Source: an uncultured beta proteobacterium (lineage in GTDB: Bacteria; Pseudomonadota; Gammaproteobacteria; Burkholderiales; Burkholderiaceae_C). From it: a stretch of DNA of 64,000 nt. Location of the stretch: NCBI GenBank assembly GCA_903838565.1, contig CAILZB010000112.1, forward strand, positions 97,098 through 161,097, given 5' to 3'. Positions 37,804 through 47,057 of this stretch are shown piece by piece; the first letter of the stretch is position 1; every line of letters begins with the position of its first letter. The notes under the pieces are model-generated. The model was not told the origin of the DNA and made no database searches. It saw only the letters and a program-made list of their open reading frames with translations. A program made the translations under genes and the position numbers.

Positions 37804-39852
37804 ATGGAATACCTCGTCGGAAATTGGGGCGCAGTGGTCGTGTGCGCTGTCGTGCTGGCTGCGGCCGTGTTCTGGAGAAAAGTGTTGTGGCTGTTTGGCG
37901 TCATCATCGTGCCCGACGACAGCATCGGCACCGTGACCAAGAAGTTCGTCATCTTCGGTGCCAACAGCAAGCTGCCCAACGGCCAGATCGTGGCGCTCCA
38001 GGGAGAGGCCGGATACCAGGCGGACAGTCTGGCGCCGGGGCTGCACATGGGACTGTGGCCCTGGCAGTACGCCATCGACCTGATCCCCTTTGAGGTCGTT
38101 CCGCAGGGCAAGGTGGGCGTGGTCCAGGCCTGCGACGGCAAGCCCCTGCCCAGCGGACGCGTGATCGCACGCGACGTGGACTGCGACTACTTTCAGGATG
38201 CGCGTGCCTTCTTGCAGGGTGGCGGCGAGCGCGGGCCGCAGATGAAAGTGATTCCGCCCGGGACTTACCGCATCAACCCCTTGCTGTTCACCGTCGCACT
38301 GGCCGACGCCACGGAAATTCCACAGGGGAAATTGGGCGTGGTGGAGGCGCACGACGGCAACCCCCTTCCCATCGGACGCGTCATCGCCAAGGGCATCGAC
38401 TGCGACTCCTACCAGAACGCCAAGGCGTTTCTGGACGGCGGCGGCGAGCGCGGTCCTCAGGTGAAGCTCATGCCGCCGGGCAACTATCGCATCAACCCGG
38501 TGCTGTTCGATGTGCGTCTGGTGGATGTGGTCGATATCCCCGAGAACAAGATCGGCATCGTGACCGTGAAGGAAGGTGCGCCGCTGCCCACCGGTGAAAT
38601 CGCCGGTGGCGAAGTCGCCGGGCACAACATGTTCCAGGACCCGGACAAATTCATCGCCAACGGCGGCTTCAAGGGCCTGCAGGAACAGGTGCTGCTGGCG
38701 GGTCGCTACTTCCTGAACCCGCGCTTCGTGACCGTGGAAATCGTTGAGATGACGACGGTGCCGATCGCCAACGTGGGCGTCGTCATTTCCTATGTGGGCA
38801 AGGAAGGCAAGGACGTGACGGGCGAGACCTTCAAGCACGGCAACCTCGTCTCCAAGGGCGAAAAGGGCGTGTGCGTCGATCCGCTGGATCCGGGCAAGTA
38901 CCCGATCAACCCGAACACGCACAAGGTGGTGAACGTGCCGACCGCGAACGTGGTGCTGAACTGGGCCGACGACAAGAGCGAGGCGCACAAGCTCGACGCG
39001 AATCTGTCCACCATCACGGTGCGCTCGGCCGACGGCTTCAAGTTCAATCTGGACGTGTCTCAGATCATCCACATCCCGCGCAACGACGCGCCCAAGGTGA
39101 TCGCCCGCTTTGGCGACATGAGCGCGCTCGTGACCCAGGTGCTGGAGCCGACCATCGGCAACTATTTCCGCAATGCGGCGCAGGGCAGCGACATCATCGA
39201 CTTCCTGAAGAACCGCTCCGTGCGCCAGGAGGAGGCGCGCAGTTCCATCTCGGCTGCCTTGCAGGAGTACAACGTGGGCGCGGTGGACACCTTGATCGGC
39301 GACATCGTGCCGCCGGAAGCGCTGATGCGCACACTGACCGATCGCAAGATCGCCGAGCAGGAACGCGTCACCTACGAAACCCAGCGCCAGGCCCAGGGTG
39401 TGCGCCAGGAACTGGAGCAGGCTACGGCGCTGGCGGCGACCCAGGCCCGCGTCGTCGACGCCGAGCGCAAGGTCACGATTGCCGCATTCGAGGCGAATGC
39501 CGCGGTGAAATTTGCCGAAGGCAACGCCAAGAGCAAGACCATCAACGCCGAAGCCGACGCCACCGTGCTGCGCACCGTCGGCGAGGCCGAAGGCGCCAAG
39601 ATCCTGGCCGTGGGTGGCGCCGAAGCCGAGGTCATCAAGCAAAAAGTCGGCTCGATGGAGGCCGGGAACTTTGCCGTGGTGCAGGTCGCCGAGGCTCTGG
39701 CCAAGGGTGGCATCAAGATCGTTCCCGATATCGTCGCGGGCGGCGGCTCCGACGGCTTGGGCGGTGGTCTCACGACAGTGCTGCTGGGCAATCTGATCCA
39801 CCAGGACTACAGCAGGCGCAAGGGATCGGGTGCTGAAAACAGCGGCGCGTAG
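37804..39852 (+). CDS. flotillin/SPFH-family membrane protein (YqiK-like) with an N-terminal array of ~73-aa repeats
   Basis: N-terminal TM helix; three to five tandem repeats (G-hydrophobic-V, G-x-PLP-x-G, PG-x-Y-x-INP) preceding the SPFH core; long coiled-coil flotillin tail rich in A/E/Q/R. Confidence 0.8.
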   Translation: MEYLVGNWGAVVVCAVVLAAAVFWRKVLWLFGVIIVPDDSIGTVTKKFVIFGANSKLPNGQIVALQGEAGYQADSLAPGLHMGLWPWQYAIDLIPFEVVPQGKVGVVQACDGKPLPSGRVIARDVDCDYFQDARAFLQGGGERGPQMKVIPPGTYRINPLLFTVALADATEIPQGKLGVVEAHDGNPLPIGRVIAKGIDCDSYQNAKAFLDGGGERGPQVKLMPPGNYRINPVLFDVRLVDVVDIPENKIGIVTVKEGAPLPTGEIAGGEVAGHNMFQDPDKFIANGGFKGLQEQVLLAGRYFLNPRFVTVEIVEMTTVPIANVGVVISYVGKEGKDVTGETFKHGNLVSKGEKGVCVDPLDPGKYPINPNTHKVVNVPTANVVLNWADDKSEAHKLDANLSTITVRSADGFKFNLDVSQIIHIPRNDAPKVIARFGDMSALVTQVLEPTIGNYFRNAAQGSDIIDFLKNRSVRQEEARSSISAALQEYNVGAVDTLIGDIVPPEALMRTLTDRKIAEQERVTYETQRQAQGVRQELEQATALAATQARVVDAERKVTIAAFEANAAVKFAEGNAKSKTINAEADATVLRTVGEAEGAKILAVGGAEAEVIKQKVGSMEAGNFAVVQVAEALAKGGIKIVPDIVAGGGSDGLGGGLTTVLLGNLIHQDYSRRKGSGAENSGA

Positions 39853-40038
39853 CTGCGTGATGGACGGGTGCGCCGGCGAATGATGTCTTGGGTCCTGGCG
39901 AGAACTCGCCCTTCGTGGACCAAGCCGGAAACTTTGGCGCGGCGCCCAGGGGACGATGGTCAGCCGGTCGCGTTGGCCGACTCTGATGCAGCATCAGACG
40001 TCATTCACATTCCGGCCGGGAATGATTCCAACGGGCTG

Positions 40039-40310
40039 GAAGCTGAAGTCCAAATTTCCAGACAGCAGTCACTCAAAGTCGCTCTAAAGCTGACGGTCAA
40101 CGAAGAGAAGACCCGCATCTGCAAGGTGCCGCAAGGTAGTTTCGATTTCTTGGGTTACACGTTTGGTGGGCTGTACTCGCCAAAGACACGCAAAACCCGG
40201 ATCGGGATGCGCCCGTCCAAGAGGAGCATCGCGCGCATGGTCGAAAAGGCCCATGCGTTGACCGTCCGCATAACGTGTTGGCAAGAGACCACGGAGGTGG
40301 GCCTTTTTTG
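40039..40310 (+). pseudogene. remnant of a group II intron reverse transcriptase/maturase (RT domain 7 and X-domain fragment)
   Basis: LKLTVNEEKTRI, FDFLGYTF and RPSKRSIARMVEKAHALT match the end of the RT domain and the start of the maturase X domain. No upstream RT motifs and a truncated C-terminus. Followed by low-GC DNA. Confidence 0.5.
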
Positions 40311-40400
40311 CATGCGGGGCCATTCAATTGAAGGTGATTACGTCACAATCCCCCCTGCGAAGATATAGTTTTGACATTTATTACTTTTTTTGGAATGACC

Positions 40401-40862
40401 ATGAAGAGAATCGCCAGTGCTGTGTTGACATGCGTCTTGTTCGCGGGGTGTGCCTCGGTGAAGATGGAAAGCAAGGACGCGTCTGATAAGTTGAAGCAAT
40501 TTGCGCCGCCCCCGACAGGCAATGCGGGGCTGTATACCTTTCGGGACAGTTCGTTTGGAGCTGCATTGAAGAAAGACATTTTTGTGGACGGGAAGTGCGT
40601 GGGGGAATCTGCACCCAACGTATTTTTTTATACCGAAGTGGCCGGGGGCCAAGAGCATGAGATCACAACGGAGTCTGAGTTCTCACCCAATGCTCTGAAG
40701 TTGATGGTGGAGGCCGGGAAAAACTACTTCGTCAGGCAGTACATCAAAATGGGCCTCATTATCGGCGGTGCCAACCTGGAGGTCGTTCCCGAGGACCAGG
40801 GCAAACTCGCTGTGACAAAGCTTGAACTGGCGGCCGGCGGCAAGTGCAGTAAGCCGCAGTAA
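40401..40862 (+). CDS. small lipoprotein (DUF2846-like) in a low-GC islet
   Basis: Signal peptide with lipobox LFAGC. About 45% GC versus ~67% for the flanks. Confidence 0.55.
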   Translation: MKRIASAVLTCVLFAGCASVKMESKDASDKLKQFAPPPTGNAGLYTFRDSSFGAALKKDIFVDGKCVGESAPNVFFYTEVAGGQEHEITTESEFSPNALKLMVEAGKNYFVRQYIKMGLIIGGANLEVVPEDQGKLAVTKLELAAGGKCSKPQ

Positions 40863-41191
40863 ATATACGTCCGTCGGCACTGCACTCGGTCCAGGTCATT
40901 GCCTGCGAATGTCAAACCTGCTTTGGCGTATTTAGGCGGTCGCAGAATTCGGATGACAAAGTACGCTGAGCCTCCGCTGAGGCGTAGCGCCCATCCCTTG
41001 GGGAGCGACACCTAGGAGGTCCGGTGACGCGTTGGCTGTTTGGTCTGGTTTCGCTGCGTACTTGACTCCCGACTGCCCCGCGTGAATGACCGGATCCAGT
41101 CTGAACGCACCCCAAAACAGCTGGCGCGCATGTTGACCCTCCGATGGATTCCAGTTGGAGGTCCCACGCCAACCGCCGACAGGCAGCGCCT

Positions 41192-42013
41192 TCAGCCCCG
41201 CCGCGGCATACCCAGGATGGCGCGCGCCTCGTCGGGCGTCGCCACCGGCCGATCGAGTTCGGCGGCGATGCGCACGATGCGTTGCACCAGCTGCGCGTTG
41301 CTGGTGGCGAGTTCGCCCCTGCGGTAATAGACGTTGTCCTCAAATCCGACGCGCACGTGTCCGCCCAGCAGCATGGCGAGCGTGGCCAGCGGCAGCTGGG
41401 CCGCGCCTATGCCGGCCACGGTCCAGGTGGATGCGGGAGGCAATTGCGACTGCAGGTACATCAGCGCCTGATGCGTTCCCGCCATGCCGCCGGGGATGCC
41501 CAGCACGAAGTCGAAGTGCTGAGGTCCCTGCAGCAAGCCGGACTTGAGCCAGCGCTGCACGGTGGTAAGCATGCCGGTGTCGAAGATCTCCAGTTCGATC
41601 TTCACGCCCTGCTGCTGCATGGCGCGCGCGAAGGTCTCCATGTCGGCCGGCAGGTTTTCGAACAGGCCGTCGCCGAAGTTCACCGAGCCCATGGAGAGCG
41701 TGGCCATCTCGGGTGCGAGCGTCACCGGCGCCAGGCGCTCCGCCGCCGTCATGCCGACCGCGCCGCCCGTGGAGACCTGCACGATCACGTCGCAGCGTGC
41801 GCGCACGGCGGCGATGATGGCTCGATACGTCTCCCTGTCCTGCGTCGGGGTTCCCTCGGCATGGCGGGCGTGCACGTGCACGATGGATGCGCCGGCCTGG
41901 CAGCAGGCTTCGGCCGCGATCGCGATTTCCTCGGGCGTGATCGGCAAGGCCGGTTGCTGCTCGCGCGTGACCTCGGCCCCGTTCAGCGCCGCCGTGATGA
42001 TGAGTTTTTCCAT
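41192..42013 (-). CDS. kce: 3-keto-5-aminohexanoate cleavage enzyme (BKACE/DUF849 family)
   Basis: TIM-barrel BKACE motifs (IITAALNG, HVHARH). Sits in the kam cluster. ATG at 42013. Confidence 0.8.
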   Translation of the reverse strand: MEKLIITAALNGAEVTREQQPALPITPEEIAIAAEACCQAGASIVHVHARHAEGTPTQDRETYRAIIAAVRARCDVIVQVSTGGAVGMTAAERLAPVTLAPEMATLSMGSVNFGDGLFENLPADMETFARAMQQQGVKIELEIFDTGMLTTVQRWLKSGLLQGPQHFDFVLGIPGGMAGTHQALMYLQSQLPPASTWTVAGIGAAQLPLATLAMLLGGHVRVGFEDNVYYRRGELATSNAQLVQRIVRIAAELDRPVATPDEARAILGMPRRG

Positions 42014-42024
42014 GATGGGTCCGT

Positions 42025-42432
42025 TCAGCGCGCGACGCGCTGGAAGGCGGCAGGAACGACGCAGGTGCCCGACGCCTTGCACACGACGACCGGCTCGGCC
42101 AGCACGTCGGCGGCCGAAGGCTGTCCGGGAACCGCGACCGAGGCGATCACCTTGCGCGCGACGAACTCCATCTTGCGCGAGGTCTTGCCCATGGACACGA
42201 TGCGGCCCGTGGCTTCGATGTAGTCGCCGGCAAACACCGGCGCCAGGAATTCGATGTTGTCGTAGGCGACGAACAGGCCTTCGTCGCCGTCGCTCCTGAT
42301 CAGCAATTCGGTGGCGACATCGCCAAACAGGTGCAGCATCTTCGCGCCGTCGACCAGGCCGCCGCCGTAGTGGGCGTCGTGCGCGCTCATGCGCAAACGG
42401 ATGAGACTGCTGATTTCGGTAGGTGTGGTCAT
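42025..42432 (-). CDS. kal: 3-aminobutyryl-CoA ammonia-lyase (hotdog fold)
   Basis: About 135-aa hotdog protein between kamE and kce. AGGAGA Shine-Dalgarno. Confidence 0.6.
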   Translation of the reverse strand: MTTPTEISSLIRLRMSAHDAHYGGGLVDGAKMLHLFGDVATELLIRSDGDEGLFVAYDNIEFLAPVFAGDYIEATGRIVSMGKTSRKMEFVARKVIASVAVPGQPSAADVLAEPVVVCKASGTCVVPAAFQRVAR

Positions 42433-42516
42433 GATGGTTCTCCTGAGTCGTTGGCTTGATCCAGCGGCTGCCGCGGAACCGGCTTTGCCGGGCCGCTGGC
42501 AGCGCCCCCTTCAGCC

Positions 42517-42587
42517 GTAGGTCGGGTTAGCGAAGCGTAACCCGACATGAGGCCGTCGTCGGGTTACGCCCTGCGGGCTAACCCGAC
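42517..42587. repeat. REP-like double-hairpin element (second copy) inside the kamE-kal intergenic region
   Basis: GTCGGGTTA-gcgaagcg-TAACCCGAC and GTCGGGTTA-cgccctgcgggc-TAACCCGAC; hairpin order swapped relative to the copy at 34053. Confidence 0.7.
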
Positions 42588-42644
42588 CTACGCCCGTGGT
42601 GCTTGTCGATTTCCGCGTCGCAGACAGCTCGCATTGACGCATGG

Positions 42645-43400
42645 CTATTTGGCGCTTCGTTGAATCCACTCGTGGATGGCGAAGGATGCCACGTCTTCGG
42701 CGTAGGTCTGGGTGCCAAAGCCCGCGTCGTAGCCCAGCTCCTTGGCGAGCTCGTGGCTGATGCGCGGGCCGCCGACGATCAGGATCACCTGGTCGCGCAG
42801 TCCTTCGGCTTCGAGCAGGTCGGACAGCTTGGTGAGGTTGTCCAGGTGGATGTTCTTTTGCGTCACCACCTGCGACACCAGGATCACGTCGGCGCGCTCC
42901 TCGATCGCACGGCTCACCAGGTCCTCGGAGTCCACCTGCGCGCCCAGGTTGATGGCGCGAATGGAGTGGTAGCTCTCCAGGCCCTTGTGGCCGTTGAAGC
43001 CCTTCATGTTCATGATGGCGTCGATGCCCACGGTGTGGGCGTCGGTCTCGATCGTCGCGCCGATGACGACCATGCGCCGCCCCATCTTCGCGTCGATGAG
43101 CGCGTTCACGCCATCCTTGTCGAGCACTTCGAATTCGGGCTTGGCGACCTGCAGGCTGGCCAGATCGACCTGGTGCTTGCACTGCCCATAGACCACGTAA
43201 AAGCTGAATCCCTGACCCATGTCCTCGGCGTGCGCCACGGCCGGCTCGTCCAGACCCATCATCGCGGCCAGGCGCTTGGCGCCTTCCTTGGAGGTTTCAT
43301 CCAGCGCCACCGGCAGCGTGAACGAGACTTGCACGCGGCCGTCGTTCAGCGTGTCGCCGTAGGGCTTGACCCATTGTTCGGGCAGTTTCAATTCGGACAT
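42645..43400 (-). CDS. kamE: lysine 5,6-aminomutase beta subunit (B12-binding)
   Basis: B12-binding DxHxxG motif (ETDAHTVGID). ATG at 43400 one nt after the kamD stop. Confidence 0.85.
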   Translation of the reverse strand: MSELKLPEQWVKPYGDTLNDGRVQVSFTLPVALDETSKEGAKRLAAMMGLDEPAVAHAEDMGQGFSFYVVYGQCKHQVDLASLQVAKPEFEVLDKDGVNALIDAKMGRRMVVIGATIETDAHTVGIDAIMNMKGFNGHKGLESYHSIRAINLGAQVDSEDLVSRAIEERADVILVSQVVTQKNIHLDNLTKLSDLLEAEGLRDQVILIVGGPRISHELAKELGYDAGFGTQTYAEDVASFAIHEWIQRSAK

Positions 43401-43401
43401 C

Positions 43402-44943
43402 TCAAGCTCCAAGCATTAACGAGGGGAAAGGGTTGTAGTAGTCGGCAGATTTTCGGATCACGCCGTCCAGTCCCTTGCCGCCGGTGGGCGTGCGCGAGAT
43501 CTCGGCGAACATGCCCTTGCCGATGGCCGAGGGCAGCCCGATCTGCTCGATGTCGGCGAGCATGGCTTCGGTCTGCGCCAGCACTTCCTGCGCCCGCTGC
43601 TCGATCTGGCCGCCGCTCTTGAACTCGATTTCGCTGTGCAGGTCCTTCATGGTGTTGAACACGTATTGGGCATTCTGGATCGCCAGGAACCGGTCCTGGA
43701 TGAAGGGTGTGTGGATGGCCTCGGTCATCATGCCCAGCAGGTGGATGTTCTGCTGCGTCACGGTGCTCACCATGTTGAAGAGCGCGTCCTGGATGTGGCC
43801 CTTGAAGATGTTGCCGGTCATGTGCTTGGTCGGCGGCATGTACTTGAGCGTCGCGTCGGGGAACACCTGTCTTACCAGCTGCGCATGCGCCAGTTCCCAC
43901 AGAAAACCGTTCTCCATCTTGGGGTCGATCTCGAAGGCGTGACCCAGCCCCATCTGCGCAGGCGTCAGGCCCGAGAGCACGGCAAACTGCTCGTTGATCA
44001 ACTGGGACGCCAGCACCGTGTGCGCGGCCTCATAGGCGTCGGCCGTCGTGAGGTAGTTGTCCTCGCCGGTGTTGATGATGATGCCGGCAAAAGCGTTGAC
44101 CATGCGCGAGAAGAACTGGTCGATGAAGGTGCGCTGCATGTTGATGTCGCGAAAGATGATGCCGTACATCGAATCGTTGAGCATCATGTCCAGGCGTTCC
44201 ATCGCGCCCATCGCGGCGATCTCGGGCATGCACAGGCCCGAGCAGTAGTTGGTCAGGCGGATGTAGCGGCCGACCTTGGCACCGACCTCGTCCAGCGCAG
44301 CGCGCATCAGGCGGAAGTTTTCCTGCGTCGCATAGGTGCCGCCGAAGCCCTCGGTGGTGGCACCGAAGGGCACGTAGTCCAGCAGGCTCTGGCCGGTGGA
44401 GCGGATCACGGCGATGATGTCTGCCCCCTGTTCGGCGGCGGCGCGCGCCTGCACGACGTCTTCATGGATGTTGCCGGTGGCGACGATCAGGTAGAGCCAG
44501 GGCGCCCGTCCCTCGCCCAGCGTGGCGATGCGCTCGCTGCGGGTGGCGCGCTGAGCCGCGATCTGCTCGCAGCTCTTGCTGGCAAGGGCCTGCGCCGCCG
44601 CACGGGCCGCCGCGCCGTCCTTCGGGGCAGCCAACGTCAGCGTTCCTGCAGCGACCGCTTCAGCCACCTGCTGCGCACTTAAGCCACGCTCTTGCATCGC
44701 GGCCAGAACCGCGGTCGCAGCGCCGTGCTGCAGCAGCTGCTGTTCCTGCAGATGCGTCACCACCCGATTCGGCAGCGGCACGAAGTTCTCGTCCACGCCG
44801 TCGATGCCGAGCAGGCGCAGCGTGGCACGCTCTACGGTGGTGGTGGTGAAGACGCTCATGTCGTCAAACACGCGCCGCGCAATGCGCCGGGCGGACTCGC
44901 GTGCGCGCTCGATTTGGGATTGATCCAGTTGCAGTTGGGGCAT
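43402..44943 (-). CDS. kamD: lysine 5,6-aminomutase alpha subunit
   Basis: 513 aa; similar to KamD/OraE TIM-barrel large subunit. Confidence 0.85.
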   Translation of the reverse strand: MPQLQLDQSQIERARESARRIARRVFDDMSVFTTTTVERATLRLLGIDGVDENFVPLPNRVVTHLQEQQLLQHGAATAVLAAMQERGLSAQQVAEAVAAGTLTLAAPKDGAAARAAAQALASKSCEQIAAQRATRSERIATLGEGRAPWLYLIVATGNIHEDVVQARAAAEQGADIIAVIRSTGQSLLDYVPFGATTEGFGGTYATQENFRLMRAALDEVGAKVGRYIRLTNYCSGLCMPEIAAMGAMERLDMMLNDSMYGIIFRDINMQRTFIDQFFSRMVNAFAGIIINTGEDNYLTTADAYEAAHTVLASQLINEQFAVLSGLTPAQMGLGHAFEIDPKMENGFLWELAHAQLVRQVFPDATLKYMPPTKHMTGNIFKGHIQDALFNMVSTVTQQNIHLLGMMTEAIHTPFIQDRFLAIQNAQYVFNTMKDLHSEIEFKSGGQIEQRAQEVLAQTEAMLADIEQIGLPSAIGKGMFAEISRTPTGGKGLDGVIRKSADYYNPFPSLMLGA

Positions 44944-45992
44944 CAGATTTCTTTCTTTTCAAACAGGACGTCGCTCACGTCATAGCCGGGAAAAGCCGCA
45001 CGCGCGGCGGCCAAAAATTCTTCTGCATCGAAGCTGCCGCCCATCGGAGAAAACGGGTTCAGCGTGATGCCGCTCACATGGATGCCGCGCCAGGCCAGCA
45101 CGCTGGCGCCCAGTTTGCGAAACGCCTGGAGTTCCGTGGCTTCGACAAACACCCGCGTGCCGTCGGCCACCACCACCTTGAGCTGCGGCTGCCTTCTGGC
45201 CAGCGCGCACAGCGCGTGCCAGAGCCTGCGCCCGACCGCGCCGCTGAGCGCCACCGTCGCCACATCGGAGTCGATGAAGCGCAGCAGCGTCTCACCGGCA
45301 TTCAGCGTGGCGATCTGCCCCTGGAACAGGACCTCGCCACGACCGTTCCAAAGGCCTACGCCGCCCAGCGTGAAAACGGCCTCGCACTGAATCCGGTTCG
45401 CTTCATCGGCTTGGGCGATGCCCAGGATGGCGAGGCGGTCGCGCGTCTTGCGCAGCACATCGGCCATGCCACCTCCCAGAGCGGCGCCGGTGGCCAGCAC
45501 CACGCCGTCGGCGATCGCGGGCGAGGCGTGCTGGCTGCGGCCCAGCGCGCCGTCCAGCAGCACCCGCTCAGCGCCGCATTGCTGCAGGCTGGCGATGACC
45601 TTGATCTGGTCGCTGCCGCGCGACGCGCCGGCGATTTCCATCTCGCCATACTCCAGCACCTTGACCACGACGATCTCGCCCATGGCGCTGGCGATGTCGG
45701 TGGAGGCTATCAGCTTGACCCTCACCTTGGCGCGCTGCAGCGTGGCGCGCGCGGTGGCGACCAGCGTTCCGGGCCAGACCAGCACCGGTGGCTTGGGCAC
45801 CAGAAAGACCTGATCCTGGTCTTCACCATCGCGCCCGATGGAGCTCACGCCGATCTGCACATCAGACGCCGCGGCTTGCGCCAGCAGATGGTTCAGCGCC
45901 ACGGTCTTGCCGGTGTTCTTGCTCATGCCCATGACGGCCAGCGTCTTGAACGCGCTGTCTTGGACACTGCGCCAAAGCGCGCTGGAGCTCAT
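44943..45992 (-). CDS. aminomutase-associated accessory protein (hypothetical; weak P-loop-like GMSKNTGKT)
   Basis: Located between kdd and kamD with a 1-nt overlap with kamD. Start chosen at the ATG at 45992, 17 nt after the kdd stop. Confidence 0.45.
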   Translation of the reverse strand: MSSSALWRSVQDSAFKTLAVMGMSKNTGKTVALNHLLAQAAASDVQIGVSSIGRDGEDQDQVFLVPKPPVLVWPGTLVATARATLQRAKVRVKLIASTDIASAMGEIVVVKVLEYGEMEIAGASRGSDQIKVIASLQQCGAERVLLDGALGRSQHASPAIADGVVLATGAALGGGMADVLRKTRDRLAILGIAQADEANRIQCEAVFTLGGVGLWNGRGEVLFQGQIATLNAGETLLRFIDSDVATVALSGAVGRRLWHALCALARRQPQLKVVVADGTRVFVEATELQAFRKLGASVLAWRGIHVSGITLNPFSPMGGSFDAEEFLAAARAAFPGYDVSDVLFEKKEI

Positions 45993-46008
45993 GGCCGGAC
46001 GCAGCCTT

Positions 46009-47046
46009 TCAGACGTAGAGTTCTTGAAACAGTCGGCGCAGCGGTGCGCTCTCGCGCAGCAGGTCCAGCGCGTGCTGTGCGTGCCCGACTGCGTAGCCGT
46101 TGCCCACAATCATCTCCACGTCCTTGCCCGCGCCCTCGGCGCCCAGCGCGGCGGCGGTGAAGCTCGTCGCCATGGAAAAGAAGTAGATCTTGCCGTGCTC
46201 GCGCGTGGCCAGGATGCTGCCCATCTCGGTGTTCTTGATGTTGACGCAGTTGATCACCACATCGGCCAGGCGCCCCTGCGTGACGTCGGACACGGCCTGC
46301 ATCAGCGCGAGCGCGTCGGTCGCATCCACCTGCAGCGCGTGGTCAGACCAGCCCAGCTCCTTCATTCGCCGGCAGTCTTTCTCGAACGGCGACACACCGA
46401 TGACGCAGCCGCTGATGCCGGCGCGCTTGCGCGCCTCGTACATGCACAGCGTTCCCGACTTTCCGCCGCCGCCGATCACCACCACGGTGTCGCCCTTTTG
46501 CACCAGGCGCGCGGTCTGCGCAGGCGCACCGGCCACATCCAGAATGGCCAGCGCCAGCTTCTCGGGAATGTCTTCCGGCAGCTTGGCGTAGAGGCCGGTC
46601 TCGAACAATATGGCCTGCCCGCGGATCTCGATCTGGTCCTGCTGCAGGTGGATCTTCACGACCTCATCGATGCGCAGCGGCGTGAGCGAGAGCGACACCA
46701 GCGTGGCAATCTTGTCGCCCACCTTGAGGTCGATCTTGCCGGCGATCGCCGGACCGATCTCGCGCACGGTGCCGATCAGCATGCCGCCCGAACCGGTGAC
46801 CGGGTTGTGCATCTTGCCACGCTGTTGCACGATGCCGCGTACGATGCTCTCCACCAGCCCCAGGTCGCCCTTGGCCTCCTGCTTGATCTGGGTGAAGCTG
46901 GCGGCATCGATGTTCAGCGCCGACACATCGATCAGGATCTCGTTGTCGAAGATCGCCATCGCGTTGTCGATCTTCCAGGCGCCCTGCGGCAGCACGCCCA
47001 GCGGTTCGAGCACGCGGTGCGTGCCGTAGGGGGATCCTTTTTTCAT
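46009..47046 (-). CDS. kdd: L-erythro-3,5-diaminohexanoate dehydrogenase
   Basis: Rossmann GGGGKSG motif; ~345 aa; cluster context. ATG at 47046. Confidence 0.8.
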   Translation of the reverse strand: MKKGSPYGTHRVLEPLGVLPQGAWKIDNAMAIFDNEILIDVSALNIDAASFTQIKQEAKGDLGLVESIVRGIVQQRGKMHNPVTGSGGMLIGTVREIGPAIAGKIDLKVGDKIATLVSLSLTPLRIDEVVKIHLQQDQIEIRGQAILFETGLYAKLPEDIPEKLALAILDVAGAPAQTARLVQKGDTVVVIGGGGKSGTLCMYEARKRAGISGCVIGVSPFEKDCRRMKELGWSDHALQVDATDALALMQAVSDVTQGRLADVVINCVNIKNTEMGSILATREHGKIYFFSMATSFTAAALGAEGAGKDVEMIVGNGYAVGHAQHALDLLRESAPLRRLFQELYV

Positions 47047-47057
47047 GCGTACCCTGT

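Noticed and set aside
40863-41191. Possible tRNA or small gene between the lipoprotein and kce (ORFs 40912-41343 on the - strand, 41040-41327 on the + strand)
   Set aside because: No tRNA-like T-arm (GTTCGAATC-type) or cloverleaf, and the ORFs have no ribosome-binding site or homology. Probably decayed island DNA.
45926-45952. GMSKNTGKT as a Walker A motif in the kam accessory protein
   Set aside because: Spacing is GxxxxxGKT (five residues, not four), so it is not a canonical P-loop; treated as a weak hint only.
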